Virus record (IMG/VR): IMGVR_UViG_3300021141_000706
From: a virus
Length of the DNA: 64,000 nucleotides
Strand: one strand, 5' to 3'
The notes below the pieces were generated by a model. That model saw only the letters and a program-made list of their open reading frames with translations, was not told where the DNA came from and ran no database searches. The translations under genes and the position numbers were made by a program. Positions 26,924 through 36,876 of the stretch are shown here, one piece after another; position 1 is the stretch's first letter, and each line of letters opens with the position of its first letter.

Positions 26924-27769
26924 ATGAATATTGGAATTATAGGACAAGGATTTGTCGGTAGTGCTGTATATGAAGGAATGAAAAATTACTTTGAAACTTA
27001 CACATTTGATTTAAATGGAAAATGTACAGAACAATCATTGTTTAGTTTAATAGAAAAATCTGATATGACTTTTCTTTGTTTACCAACACCAATGAGAAAA
27101 ACAGGAGAATGTGATTTATCAATTGTTAGAAATTGTCTCTCTCAAATAGATTTGATTGTTAAATCATTAGATAAAAAAGATTTTATTGTTATTATAAAAT
27201 CAACAGTTCCACCTGGGACAACAGAATTACTAAATAAGGAAAATGAAAACATACATATTGTTTTCAATCCAGAATTCTTAACAGAAGCTAATGCGGTTGA
27301 GGATTATAAGAATCAAAATAGAATTATTGTTGGTGGTGATAGACCATATACATCTAAAGTAAAAAATGTATTTGAGAAAGCTTTTCCACAAGTTACAATT
27401 GTTAAAACAAGTTCTACAATTGCTGAGATGATTAAGTATGTAACAAATACTTTCTTAGCAACTAAAGTTTCTTTTGCTAATGAGATGTATCAAATTTGTC
27501 AAGGATTGGATATTGATTATGATAAAGTAATTGAATATGCTCGTTATGATAACCGATTAGGAAATTCACATTGGTCAGTACCAGGACCAGATGGTGACTT
27601 TGGATATGGTGGTCATTGTTTCCCTAAAGACATTGCGGCTTTACAATATGTAGCTAAAGAAATGAATGTTTCTACTACTGTGTTAAATGCTTCAATTGAA
27701 AAGAATAAAGAAGTTAGAACTGATAAAGATTGGGAAAAACAAATCGGAAGAGCTGTCTCAGAAGATTAA
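26924..27769 (+). CDS. ugd: UDP-glucose/GDP-mannose 6-dehydrogenase (short form lacking the C-terminal domain)
   Basis: GQGFVG, CLPTP, IKSTVPPG, NPEFL, AEMIKY..NTFLATKVSFANE, GYGGHCFPKD. Confidence 0.88.
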   Translation: MNIGIIGQGFVGSAVYEGMKNYFETYTFDLNGKCTEQSLFSLIEKSDMTFLCLPTPMRKTGECDLSIVRNCLSQIDLIVKSLDKKDFIVIIKSTVPPGTTELLNKENENIHIVFNPEFLTEANAVEDYKNQNRIIVGGDRPYTSKVKNVFEKAFPQVTIVKTSSTIAEMIKYVTNTFLATKVSFANEMYQICQGLDIDYDKVIEYARYDNRLGNSHWSVPGPDGDFGYGGHCFPKDIAALQYVAKEMNVSTTVLNASIEKNKEVRTDKDWEKQIGRAVSED

Positions 27770-27770
27770 T

Positions 27771-27802
27771 TTTGGCTAAAATAAAAATTGTTTGTATATT
27801 TG
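27771..27802 (+). promoter_or_regulatory. Bacteroidota primary-sigma promoter
   Basis: TTTG, 20-nt spacer, TATATTTG. Confidence 0.7.
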
Positions 27803-27806
27803 TAAC

Positions 27807-28169
27807 ATGAACATTTCCAACCACGAGAAGAAAAGACGACAACATGAGAAAGAGTTGAAGTCTTTTAGAAATAAAATGGGTAAACATATTGTTTGGTTTG
27901 ATTCTTTATCAAAGACCAAGCAATATGATTTGCTATTTGGTTGGAAAAGAGAGAAGAATTCTAACAAGTTACAAGCACCGGAAGAGAAAACAATCCTGAG
28001 ACCTGCTTATGTTGGTTATAGAAGAAAGATGGTAAAACAAAAAATTACTTCTTATCCATCATCACTTAAACACTTTATAGTTAAGTGTAGAGTGAATCCT
28101 CAATTTCAACCACATAGAACAAGAGTTAGGGATGCGGCTATTGATATACTTTTAAATAGTAAAAAATAA
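27807..28169 (+). CDS. Basic hypothetical protein with C-terminal tag (VRDAAIDILL)
   Basis: ATG at 27807 lies downstream of the promoter. Confidence 0.65.
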   Translation: MNISNHEKKRRQHEKELKSFRNKMGKHIVWFDSLSKTKQYDLLFGWKREKNSNKLQAPEEKTILRPAYVGYRRKMVKQKITSYPSSLKHFIVKCRVNPQFQPHRTRVRDAAIDILLNSKK

Positions 28170-28184
28170 TAAAAAACAACATAT

Positions 28185-29147
28185 ATGAAAATTTTCAGCG
28201 GATCATCAAGTCAAGAATTAACAAACCAGATTTGTCAAATTCTAAACAAAGAACAACAACGTTTCTCTTCAATGGGTATTGTTGAACAAGAAATTATCCC
28301 AGGTAAATTAAAAATTGATAAATTCTCAGATGGTGAAATTCTACCATTATTTCAAGAATCTGTCAGAGACGAAGATGTCTTCCTTGTACAAACAACAAAC
28401 AGTTCAGATAACATAATGGAAACATTATTAGTTATTGATGCTGCTAAAAGAGCTGGTTGTAAATCATTTACATTAGTTGCTCCTTTTCAAGCTTACTCTC
28501 GTCAAGATAAAACAGACCATCTTCGTTCTTCAATTGGCTCTAAAGTATTAGCCGATATTTTAACCACGGCTGGTATGACACGAGTAATGACTATTGACTT
28601 ACACGCTTCTGCTATTCAAGGTTTTTATAATGTGCCTGTTATTCACTTGAATGGTAACAAAATCTTTATTGATTACATCAAAGAACATCAAATTGAAGAC
28701 CTAACAATTGTTGCTCCCGACCAAGGTGCTGTTAAAAGAGCTTCTGACTTCTGTAAAGCTTTCCCAGATGCTTCATTCGCAATGATTAATAAGAAAAGAA
28801 TTAAACCAAATGAGATTCATTCAATGGAACTTGTTGGTGATGTCACTGGTCGTAATGTTATCATTGTTGATGATATGGCTGATACCTTAGGAACTATGTG
28901 TAAAGCCGCTGAACTTCTTATGGAGAAAGGTGCGAAGTCTGTTAGAGCGATTGCTACTCACGGTATTCTAAGTGGTAAGGCTTATACAAACTTAGAGTCT
29001 TCAGTTTTAACTGAGTTATTAGTATCTGATTCTATTCCAGCAAAATTGTCACCTAAGTTGAAAGTTATTTCTTGTGATAACATTATTGCTAGGTCTATCT
29101 GGGGTTTAGTTAACAAGAAAAGTATCCACGAATTAAACTCAATCTAA
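28185..29147 (+). CDS. prs: Ribose-phosphate pyrophosphokinase
   Basis: FSDGE, AYSRQDK, IDLHA..IQGF, VAPDQGA, IVDDMADTLGT, ATHG. Confidence 0.95.
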   Translation: MKIFSGSSSQELTNQICQILNKEQQRFSSMGIVEQEIIPGKLKIDKFSDGEILPLFQESVRDEDVFLVQTTNSSDNIMETLLVIDAAKRAGCKSFTLVAPFQAYSRQDKTDHLRSSIGSKVLADILTTAGMTRVMTIDLHASAIQGFYNVPVIHLNGNKIFIDYIKEHQIEDLTIVAPDQGAVKRASDFCKAFPDASFAMINKKRIKPNEIHSMELVGDVTGRNVIIVDDMADTLGTMCKAAELLMEKGAKSVRAIATHGILSGKAYTNLESSVLTELLVSDSIPAKLSPKLKVISCDNIIARSIWGLVNKKSIHELNSI

Positions 29148-29476
29148 TGTTAGACGATACAGATAATTATATAAAAGATAATCTTCAAAATATCATTGAT
29201 GGTAAGTTTGATGATAAGTTTTCAAAAGAACAATTAAAGATGATGTTAGAAATGTCATTTTTATATAATCATATTAGTGTTGAAAATGATTCAGTTATAT
29301 TTGAGTATGATAGTCAGGAATTAAAAATCTCAGGTATTAATGACCTTGTACATTCAATACCAACCGGTATAGATTATAAAAATCAAATATTTTCAACGAT
29401 TAAAAGTGATGTAGTTTTCAAATCGGCTCTTACTCAATTTTTGAGAGATAAAAAAATTAATGAAATATTAGAATGA
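29147..29476 (+). CDS. Hypothetical protein with C-terminal tag (LRDKKINEILE)
   Basis: ORF in operon. Confidence 0.65.
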   Translation: MLDDTDNYIKDNLQNIIDGKFDDKFSKEQLKMMLEMSFLYNHISVENDSVIFEYDSQELKISGINDLVHSIPTGIDYKNQIFSTIKSDVVFKSALTQFLRDKKINEILE

Positions 29477-29841
29477 AAGTATTTTTAATAGACATAGACG
29501 GAACTTGTTGTGATGATATAATGAACGAAGATGCTCATTTATATCCAACAGCTAAAGTGATTGAAGGATCACTTGAACAAATTAATAAGTGGTATGAAGA
29601 AGGTAATCATATCACTTTCTTTACTGCTCGAGAATCAAAAGATAGAGAAGTTACAATCAAATGGTTAGATGATAACGGTTTTAAGTACCATGGTTTGGTA
29701 ACTGATAAACCAAGATGTATAAACCCAGAAGATGAATATGTTTGGGTTGATAATAGAAAAGTAAGAGGTATTACATATAATTCAGTTTGGGGCGATCTCA
29801 AAGAAGTGAATAAAAAAATTTTAACATTTGGAGATGAATGA
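29473..29841 (+). CDS. Small cap-less HAD-superfamily phosphatase
   Basis: LIDIDGT, FFTAR, KP, WVDN. Confidence 0.8.
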   Translation: MKVFLIDIDGTCCDDIMNEDAHLYPTAKVIEGSLEQINKWYEEGNHITFFTARESKDREVTIKWLDDNGFKYHGLVTDKPRCINPEDEYVWVDNRKVRGITYNSVWGDLKEVNKKILTFGDE

Positions 29842-30487
29842 TTTTAAAAATTTAGGAATTAAATACGGTACAGATAAAGTAAATCCGCATGGTTATAACT
29901 TTTTCTACCCTAGATACTTAGAGCCTTTTAGAGGTGATGAATTTAACATGCTTGAAATTGGATATCTAAAAGGTCATTCTTGTAGAATGTGGCAAGAATA
30001 TTTTCCTAAAGCAAATATATTCGCAATGGACATAAATATAGAAGGTAGATTTGAAAATCATACAGTATTTAAAGGTGACCAATCAAATATAAATGACTTA
30101 AATAGAGTCTCTAATGAAATAGGTTCAGCTAAATTTATTATTGATGATGGTAGCCATCAACCCACACATCAAATAGAAACCTTTAATTTTTTATTTAAGA
30201 ATCTATTAGAACCAGGTGGTGTTTATATAATCGAGGATATTGAGTGTAACTATTGGGATGAGGAATCTTCAATATATGGATATAAAATAGGTTTATTCAA
30301 TGCCATCGATTATACAAAAAAACTAATAGATTATGTGAATAGTGAGTTTTCAAAAAAAGAAAATAAACTAAAAATATCGTCAATTACTTATGCTCAAAAT
30401 TGTATAATAATCACAAAACAAACCAAAGAAGAAGAAATCTATTTCAATAGAAATTATAGATTCTCAAACTGTCTAAAATATAACTAA
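29834..30487 (+). CDS. Class I SAM-dependent methyltransferase (sugar O-methyltransferase-like)
   Basis: KYGTDK..HGY, MLEIG, GDQS, IIDDGSH, PGGVYIIED. Confidence 0.82.
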   Translation: MNDFKNLGIKYGTDKVNPHGYNFFYPRYLEPFRGDEFNMLEIGYLKGHSCRMWQEYFPKANIFAMDINIEGRFENHTVFKGDQSNINDLNRVSNEIGSAKFIIDDGSHQPTHQIETFNFLFKNLLEPGGVYIIEDIECNYWDEESSIYGYKIGLFNAIDYTKKLIDYVNSEFSKKENKLKISSITYAQNCIIITKQTKEEEIYFNRNYRFSNCLKYN

Positions 30488-31128
30488 TGAGTTACTTAAA
30501 TGAAATAAAAGCTTATATGAGAGATATCAATCTTGACATCCTAATGAATTGTCCGGATGTCAAGATTGATATTTCCAAAAGATACTATAATAAGTTTAGA
30601 CTTTTTTACCCAAGTCGTAAGCTTATTAAATACACTACCGAAATTGGTGGTGTCTTGGTTGGATCAAGAGCAATTCGTTGCTTTACAATTGATGGTAAGC
30701 CAATTCTTGAGAGAAGAGTAAATGATTGGGATTTTATTGTTACTCTTGATATGGCATTTAAGATTTGTGATGATATGGGAATTGAAGAAATTCCACAAAT
30801 TGATGGTGTGATAAGTGTTAAGAATCAAAGAAGATGGGCTCACCCAGACTATCAAAGTGCTTACAGAGTTGGACCAGTTGATGTTCAGTTGATTGTAAAA
30901 GAAGAACTGCCTGATTATACAGAGGTTGATGGGGTTAGAATTGCTAACTTTGGTTATTCTGTTTCACAAAAGATTGGATTGACTACTGATTTACAAAGTA
31001 AATTGAGTGGTAAAACTCCAAACCATAGAGTACCTGAAAGTATAGATGAGCAATATCACAAACACATTTCTGATATGAAAGAAATGATTATAAAATTTAA
31101 TAGTTTAAAATGGAAACAACCAGCTTAG
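30487..31128 (+). CDS. Putative nucleotidyltransferase (pol-beta fold); tag-like MRDINLDIL near the N-terminus
   Basis: LVGSRAI...NDWDF (GS plus DxD), later VDV. Confidence 0.55.
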   Translation: MSYLNEIKAYMRDINLDILMNCPDVKIDISKRYYNKFRLFYPSRKLIKYTTEIGGVLVGSRAIRCFTIDGKPILERRVNDWDFIVTLDMAFKICDDMGIEEIPQIDGVISVKNQRRWAHPDYQSAYRVGPVDVQLIVKEELPDYTEVDGVRIANFGYSVSQKIGLTTDLQSKLSGKTPNHRVPESIDEQYHKHISDMKEMIIKFNSLKWKQPA

Positions 31129-32021
31129 CAAATATATTAGACGGTAAATTAGTATCTAATCACATACTCACAGGAGTTAAAGAAAAGATAGATAAACACG
31201 TTGATGAATCTAAAGAAAGATTAGGATATACAATTGCTAAACCAAGTATGGCTATTGTTCTTGTTGGTAATAATCCTGCTTCTGAATCTTATGTCAAAGG
31301 TAAATTAAAAGCCTGTGAGAAAGCCGGTATCAATCATCATTTAATTAGATTTGACGAATCTATATCTGCGTTTGATTTATTAACAGAAGTTAAGAATCTA
31401 AACAAATCTTCTTATGATGGTTTTATAGTTCAACTTCCTTTACCTGCTCATATTAAACCTGATCCTATTATCAATGAGATCAGTGCTTACAAAGATATTG
31501 ATGGGTTTCATCCACTTAACTTTGGTAAGATGGCTTTAGGTCAAAAGGCTATGAGACCAGCAACTGCTTATGGTATTCTAAAGTTGTTAGAGTATTATCA
31601 AATTGAAACAAAAGGCAAACATGTAGTTGTGATTGGTCGTTCAAATATTGTCGGTAAACCTATTTCTATTATGCTAGGTAATGACTTTAACATCGGACGA
31701 GCTACTGTTACCTCATGTGATATTAACACTCCCAAATCGCTCCTAAATGAAGAATGTCAAAAAGCAGATATCGTTATTGTTGCTGTTGGTAAACCTTGTT
31801 TAGTAACTGCTGATATGATTAAAGAAGGCGCGGTTGTTATTGATGTGGGTATTAATAAATTAGATACTGGTAAGTTAGTTGGTGACTGTGACTTTGGTGC
31901 TATTGCTGAGAAAGCAAGTTGGGTTACTCCTGTACCAGGTGGTGTTGGACCAATGACTATATCTGGTTTGATTCTAAATACTTATGAGGCTTGGAAGATG
32001 AAAAACTTTATTCAGGAATGA
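31110..32021 (+). CDS. folD: Methylene-THF dehydrogenase/cyclohydrolase
   Basis: YVKGK, VQLPLP, KDIDGFHP, GRSNIVGKP, IDVGIN, TPVPGGVGPMT. Confidence 0.96.
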   Translation: METTSLANILDGKLVSNHILTGVKEKIDKHVDESKERLGYTIAKPSMAIVLVGNNPASESYVKGKLKACEKAGINHHLIRFDESISAFDLLTEVKNLNKSSYDGFIVQLPLPAHIKPDPIINEISAYKDIDGFHPLNFGKMALGQKAMRPATAYGILKLLEYYQIETKGKHVVVIGRSNIVGKPISIMLGNDFNIGRATVTSCDINTPKSLLNEECQKADIVIVAVGKPCLVTADMIKEGAVVIDVGINKLDTGKLVGDCDFGAIAEKASWVTPVPGGVGPMTISGLILNTYEAWKMKNFIQE

Positions 32022-32278
32022 AAGTAAAGTGTTTGAATATCAGTAAATACAATCAATATGATAGACTACCTCTAACAGTAGGTAAAGTATATGATGTGAT
32101 AGAGGTTACACATATTCCTTTCAATTCCAGGAGGTATGATGATTATACAGGACCTTTCTATAAACTAGTTAATGATAATGGTGAATTATCAGGTTACACA
32201 GATGAATGTGTTAGAGTTCTTACTTTAGATGAAAAGAGAGAATTAAAAATTGAAGATTTACTTAATGGAGTTCTATAA
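32018..32278 (+). CDS. Small beta-barrel-like phage protein with C-terminal tag (KRELKIEDLL)
   Basis: MKVKC..LTVGKVYDV, ATGA overlap with folD. Confidence 0.7.
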   Translation: MKVKCLNISKYNQYDRLPLTVGKVYDVIEVTHIPFNSRRYDDYTGPFYKLVNDNGELSGYTDECVRVLTLDEKRELKIEDLLNGVL

Positions 32279-32558
32279 CTTATTTAAGATAGTATTTTCA
32301 ATTGTAATTTACATTATACTATCACCAGTCATTATTCCTATTTTATTAATCAATGAAGTAAGATGGAATAAAGGTGTTTGTAGAAAGTGTAACTCTGATA
32401 GATATTATTTAGATTTCAGACCAGATAAGTTTATTAATCATCACTATGTTTGTAAGAAGTGTGGATATAGATTCTTATCATCAAGACATAGAATTCAACC
32501 AAGTGATAACCAATTAAAAACTCTTATAAGAGGTAATAAGATAAATAAAATATTATAA
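32265..32558 (+). CDS. Membrane-anchored Zn-ribbon protein with C-terminal tag (IRGNKINKIL)
   Basis: TM helix, CRKC...CKKC. Confidence 0.65.
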   Translation: MEFYNLFKIVFSIVIYIILSPVIIPILLINEVRWNKGVCRKCNSDRYYLDFRPDKFINHHYVCKKCGYRFLSSRHRIQPSDNQLKTLIRGNKINKIL

Positions 32559-32559
32559 A

Positions 32560-32847
32560 ATGATTTATCCATCAAGAATAAAAGGTCAGGAATATCCTCT
32601 TAGTAAGGGGGATATTGTTGTTTGTATAACTGAGAGTTTTCAAGAGTTCACTTATGGTAAGCAATATCAACTTTATTGTGATTTCGATTTAAACGTTTCG
32701 GTGACACACCGTTATTCAACTCTTCCAATTAACTCTGACTTAGGAAATCAACCTTTACCTGCTTATTACTCACCAACTGGTTATTACTTTCTACCTCTTC
32801 ATATTTGGAGAGAATTGAAAATAAACAAAGTATTGGAAAATGAATAG
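32560..32847 (+). CDS. Small phage protein with C-terminal tag (WRELKINKVL)
   Basis: KGDIVVC..FTYGKQY, similar to ORF 32018. Confidence 0.68.
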   Translation: MIYPSRIKGQEYPLSKGDIVVCITESFQEFTYGKQYQLYCDFDLNVSVTHRYSTLPINSDLGNQPLPAYYSPTGYYFLPLHIWRELKINKVLENE

Positions 32848-33094
32848 AATATTGAAAATTGGAGACAGAGTTAGGAATGTAAGAGTAGGTGTTTATAAAG
32901 ATGAACCTATTGTTATAGTTGGTGAATCTGACAATAACAATTCACTTAAAATTAAATTTAACAGATATCATATTAAATATCTAAATGTTTTTACTGTTAG
33001 TGGTGATAATATGATGTCTTGGGTAGATGAAAGTGATATAGTTTTAGATATAGAATATTATAGAAACGAAAAATTAAATAAGATATTAGAATGA
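32840..33094 (+). CDS. Small SH3/KOW-like protein with C-terminal tag (YRNEKLNKIL)
   Basis: KIGDRV...WVDESDI. Confidence 0.68.
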   Translation: MNRILKIGDRVRNVRVGVYKDEPIVIVGESDNNNSLKIKFNRYHIKYLNVFTVSGDNMMSWVDESDIVLDIEYYRNEKLNKILE

Positions 33095-33960
33095 TTGCTA
33101 TATGTTCATTAGTTAGAAAACCTTTTAATTTTGATACCTGGGTTAATTATCATATAAGTATAGGCGTTTCTAAATTTCTTTTAAGTGTTGAAGACACACC
33201 AGAACTTAAAGAGGTGATTGATAGTTATGGTGAATTGATAGAAGCTGAATACATTTCAATGGATTCTAAGGATAAGTTTTATGATAGAAACTATTGGACT
33301 CTAATGGATAGACAAAAGACTTTTGTTACCAAATCAATAGAAAGATGTAAAGAGTTATCAATTGAATGGTTGATACATGTTGACACTGATGAACTTTTAT
33401 GGTGTGGTGATTCTGTATTAGATTTAGTAAATAATGTAAGTAAAGATGTTGATTATATAACTGTCAAAAATTATGAAGCTGTTTATACATCAGATGATTT
33501 AGAAAATCCTTTTCTACAAACTAATACATTTATCAGCTCAAATATGACCGCATATGATAGTGGTAAAAGTATAGGTAGAATTTCACCAAATTTAGAATTC
33601 AGAGGAGCTCATGCTTTCACTGGACAACACCAAAATATAGAAACTAAAAAGGCAGTTGTTTTACATTTTGAATCTGCTACATTTGAAAAATGGTTTGAGA
33701 AATTCAACAATATAACTAATTCATATAATTTTTCAGATACTCAAGGGATGGGAGAGTATATGATAGATGATATGAAAAATGAAATAAAAGAAGTTCCTAT
33801 AACTTTTTATCGAGATTCATCAAGACTTGTACGATCAGGTGACATAAAAAAGTGTAGAGAGTATTATAACAAAATGAAAGTTTCTAGATATAACCCTCAT
33901 ACTTGGAAGTTATACTGGACACCATTACTACCAGAAAAAAATAGCCACTGGTTAAGATAA
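33091..33960 (+). CDS. GT-A fold glycosyltransferase (GT2/GT92-like)
   Basis: WVNYH..IG, RQ, WLIHVDTDE, GKS, VLHFE...WFEKF. Confidence 0.78.
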   Translation: MIAICSLVRKPFNFDTWVNYHISIGVSKFLLSVEDTPELKEVIDSYGELIEAEYISMDSKDKFYDRNYWTLMDRQKTFVTKSIERCKELSIEWLIHVDTDELLWCGDSVLDLVNNVSKDVDYITVKNYEAVYTSDDLENPFLQTNTFISSNMTAYDSGKSIGRISPNLEFRGAHAFTGQHQNIETKKAVVLHFESATFEKWFEKFNNITNSYNFSDTQGMGEYMIDDMKNEIKEVPITFYRDSSRLVRSGDIKKCREYYNKMKVSRYNPHTWKLYWTPLLPEKNSHWLR

Positions 33961-33970
33961 ATAATAAATT

Positions 33971-34315
33971 ATGACAAAAATATATTTAGCAATTCCGTAT
34001 TCAAGATACGAAGAAAAAAGTTTTAAGTTAGCCAATGAAATTGCGGCTCAATTAATTAATATGGGCCACGTTGTGTTCTCACCAATCAGTATGTCACATC
34101 CAATTGCGGTTCACGGTAATCTAAAAGGTGACTGGGAAACTTGGAAAAGAATTGATTTTGAATTCATTAAATGGTGCGATGAGGTAGTAGTTGTAAACTT
34201 TGATGAAGAAGCTGTTGCTAACTCAACAGGTGTTCAAGGTGAATTAGAATTTGCTACAGAACTTGGTAAAAATATCAGATATTACTATGACAAGTCACGA
34301 GTGGAGAATAACTGA
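33971..34315 (+). CDS. DUF1937 / nucleoside 2-deoxyribosyltransferase-like protein
   Basis: IYLAIPYS, VFSPISMSH, W..ID..FI..CD, STGVQGELEFA..LGK. Confidence 0.75.
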   Translation: MTKIYLAIPYSRYEEKSFKLANEIAAQLINMGHVVFSPISMSHPIAVHGNLKGDWETWKRIDFEFIKWCDEVVVVNFDEEAVANSTGVQGELEFATELGKNIRYYYDKSRVENN

Positions 34316-34574
34316 TATGATTGAAAAGGGATTAGTCAGCTATGTCAAAGGTGAAAAGGTTGTACTATTCCGTAGAAAATCAAATGGTTATCCAAAAGGA
34401 ATTAAAGACGGTGTTGAATATACTATAAGAGGAATCTATGGTGAAGGTATTGAAGTTGCCTTAAATTCTTCTAATGGTATTGGTTTGTTACAATCAATAA
34501 AAGTACACAGAAGTTATATGATTCCAAAATATGCTCTACGAGATATCAATCTTAAAAAACTTCTTAATAGTTAA
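34287..34574 (+). CDS. Small protein with C-terminal tag (LRDINLKKLL)
   Basis: ORF in operon; start uncertain. Confidence 0.6.
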   Translation: MTSHEWRITDMIEKGLVSYVKGEKVVLFRRKSNGYPKGIKDGVEYTIRGIYGEGIEVALNSSNGIGLLQSIKVHRSYMIPKYALRDINLKKLLNS

Positions 34575-34603
34575 ATACTATAATAAAAAACAAAAAAGAA
34601 TAA

Positions 34604-35782
34604 ATGGGAAAATTAGCCTTAAACTTTATCTGTAAAGATGAATCACATGTAATTGGTAAAATGCTTGAAAGTTGTAAAACTATCACTGACTTAATCGTAG
34701 TTAATGATACTGGATCAACTGACGGTACACAAGATATAATCAGAAAATTCGGTGAAGAAAATAACATACCAACGTATGTTTTTGAAAGACCTTTCGATGA
34801 CTTTGAAAAAAGTAGAACTCACGCAATGGAAAAACTTCGTGATGTTGTTAAAGAATTAGGTTGGGATCCAAACAAAGTTCATGGATATTGGTTTGACTGT
34901 GATGAGACTTTAATAATTGATCCTAAGTTTAGTAAAGACCAATTTGTTAATGACCTTTATATGATCAACACTTTCATTGGTCAGATGAAATACACTCGTA
35001 ATACTTTCTTCAAAGTTTCTAAACCTTTTAGATGGTATGGTCCAATTCACGAATTTATTGTTTGTGATGAACAAAATATCACATCTGGTTTAGCTGAAAA
35101 TATTCACGTTGATGTTAAGATGACTGGTGCTTCTTGGCAAGGTGATATCCCAACTAAATATAAGAATCACGCTTTTGTATTAGAAAAATATATTGATGCT
35201 AATCGTCAAGATCCTCGTTGGATTTTTTATACAGCTCAATCATATCATGATTCTGCTTCTATGCCTGATAATAAAGAAGAAAATGAAGAAAGATTGCGTA
35301 GAGCACTGAAGTACTATAAAGAAAGAGTTAATAGAACTGACGGATATGCTGAAGAGATTTATTATTCTCAGTTTCGTATTGGAACTATTATGAGAAGTTT
35401 AGAAGAACCTTGGAACCTAACACATCAAGAGTTATTAAAAGCTTACAATATGGATCCGACGAGAGGCGAATCTATTAAAATCATCATTGATTACTATCTA
35501 CAAATGAATGAGTGGAATATGGCTTATCTTTACTCTAAGTTTGCTAAAGTAAATTTTCACGGTAAGAATCCTTATCCTAATAGATTATTATTCGTTGATG
35601 AAGCACTTTATATCTGGAAGTTTGCTGAAGCTCATGCTGCCACTTGTTTCTACACAGGTAGAATGGACGAGGCTAAGGCTACATACCAAGAGATAGTTAA
35701 TATTTCTAAAACATCACCACAATACTTTACTCCAGAAGACTTTGCTAAACTACAACAAAATGCTCAATTCTTCAATAGATAA
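34604..35782 (+). CDS. GT2 glycosyltransferase with C-terminal TPR-like helices
   Basis: ICKDE, NDTGSTDGT, DFEKSR, FDCDE, WYGPIHE, RWIFYTAQSY, PTRGE. Confidence 0.85.
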   Translation: MGKLALNFICKDESHVIGKMLESCKTITDLIVVNDTGSTDGTQDIIRKFGEENNIPTYVFERPFDDFEKSRTHAMEKLRDVVKELGWDPNKVHGYWFDCDETLIIDPKFSKDQFVNDLYMINTFIGQMKYTRNTFFKVSKPFRWYGPIHEFIVCDEQNITSGLAENIHVDVKMTGASWQGDIPTKYKNHAFVLEKYIDANRQDPRWIFYTAQSYHDSASMPDNKEENEERLRRALKYYKERVNRTDGYAEEIYYSQFRIGTIMRSLEEPWNLTHQELLKAYNMDPTRGESIKIIIDYYLQMNEWNMAYLYSKFAKVNFHGKNPYPNRLLFVDEALYIWKFAEAHAATCFYTGRMDEAKATYQEIVNISKTSPQYFTPEDFAKLQQNAQFFNR

Positions 35783-35784
35783 AG

Positions 35785-36264
35785 ATGATAAAGATAATAG
35801 TAGCAACATCAAAGAATAAAGTTATTGGTAACAATAATGAATTGATATGGAAACTATCATCTGATCTTAAACGATTCAAAGAATTAACTACTGGTCATCC
35901 AGTTGTGATGGGTAGAAAAACTTATGAATCAATTGGTAAACCTCTTCCTAATAGAAGAAACATAATCATAACGAGAAACTTAGAATACGAAGTTAATGGT
36001 TGTGAGGTAGTTTCTTCTTTAGAAGAGGCTTTACTTTTAACAAACAATGATTGTTTTATTATCGGTGGTGGTGAAATCTACAAACAATCATTAGAAGTAG
36101 CTGATAAAATTTATCTAACACTTGTTCATAAAGACTTTGAAGGTGATACAACATTCCCTGAATTAGGTAAAGAGTGGGCTACAATTGATACTAAAGACTT
36201 TGACGCTGATGAAAAAAACGAATATAACTATTCATTTATAGAATATGACAGATATGAATTCTAA
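35785..36264 (+). CDS. folA: Dihydrofolate reductase
   Basis: VIG..NELIW..SDLKRFK, MGRKTYESI..PLPNR, IIGGGEIY, GDTTFP. Confidence 0.96.
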   Translation: MIKIIVATSKNKVIGNNNELIWKLSSDLKRFKELTTGHPVVMGRKTYESIGKPLPNRRNIIITRNLEYEVNGCEVVSSLEEALLLTNNDCFIIGGGEIYKQSLEVADKIYLTLVHKDFEGDTTFPELGKEWATIDTKDFDADEKNEYNYSFIEYDRYEF

Positions 36265-36820
36265 GAAAGGTAAATTAATTATGGTAATGGGTCCACCTGC
36301 TAGTGGTAAAAGTACATTAGCCGCTGAAGTTCATACAGAACTAAAGAAGAAAGGAATCAATTCTGCTTTCGTTAGTGAAGCAGCAACCGATTATATTGCT
36401 GAGTATGGAGTTCCTAACTCACCGTCAGATCAGATGGTGATTTTCTATAAACAGTTAAACAGAGAGAAGATGTTTTTAGAGTCAAAAGATTATATTATCT
36501 GCGACTCTAGTTCTATTCTTAATTACTTTTACTTTAGATCTTTATTTTCAACAGAACTTACTAATAAAGATATTGCTTCTATCAATCATATTCAAAAGGA
36601 AATTCTAAAACATATCAATACAATCGATATGGTGTTCTATGTACCACCGATCGATACAGATACTAATGATGGTATCAGATTTCACCAGGGAGATGAAATA
36701 AAGAGACTTGGTGTCTTAATTAAGTCTTACTTAGAGATGGAGAATATTACTCACCAAGATTTAACAACGGTTGATATGAAAGACCGTGTTGATTACATAA
36801 TCAAATCTATTTTAAAATAA
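36245..36820 (+). CDS. P-loop nucleotide kinase (AAA_28/NadR-like)
   Basis: GPPASGKST, VSEAA, IICDS, DGIRF. Confidence 0.78.
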   Translation: MTDMNSKKGKLIMVMGPPASGKSTLAAEVHTELKKKGINSAFVSEAATDYIAEYGVPNSPSDQMVIFYKQLNREKMFLESKDYIICDSSSILNYFYFRSLFSTELTNKDIASINHIQKEILKHINTIDMVFYVPPIDTDTNDGIRFHQGDEIKRLGVLIKSYLEMENITHQDLTTVDMKDRVDYIIKSILK

Positions 36821-36823
36821 GAA

Positions 36824-36876
36824 ACCCATTCATTTCTGAATGGGTCTGTCAAGGGATGCTATCCCAAGAGGGGTTC
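36824..36876. other. Two tandem hairpins between convergent genes (terminator plus an extra stem)
   Basis: acccattca-tttc-tgaatgggt and gggat-gct-atccc. Confidence 0.5.
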
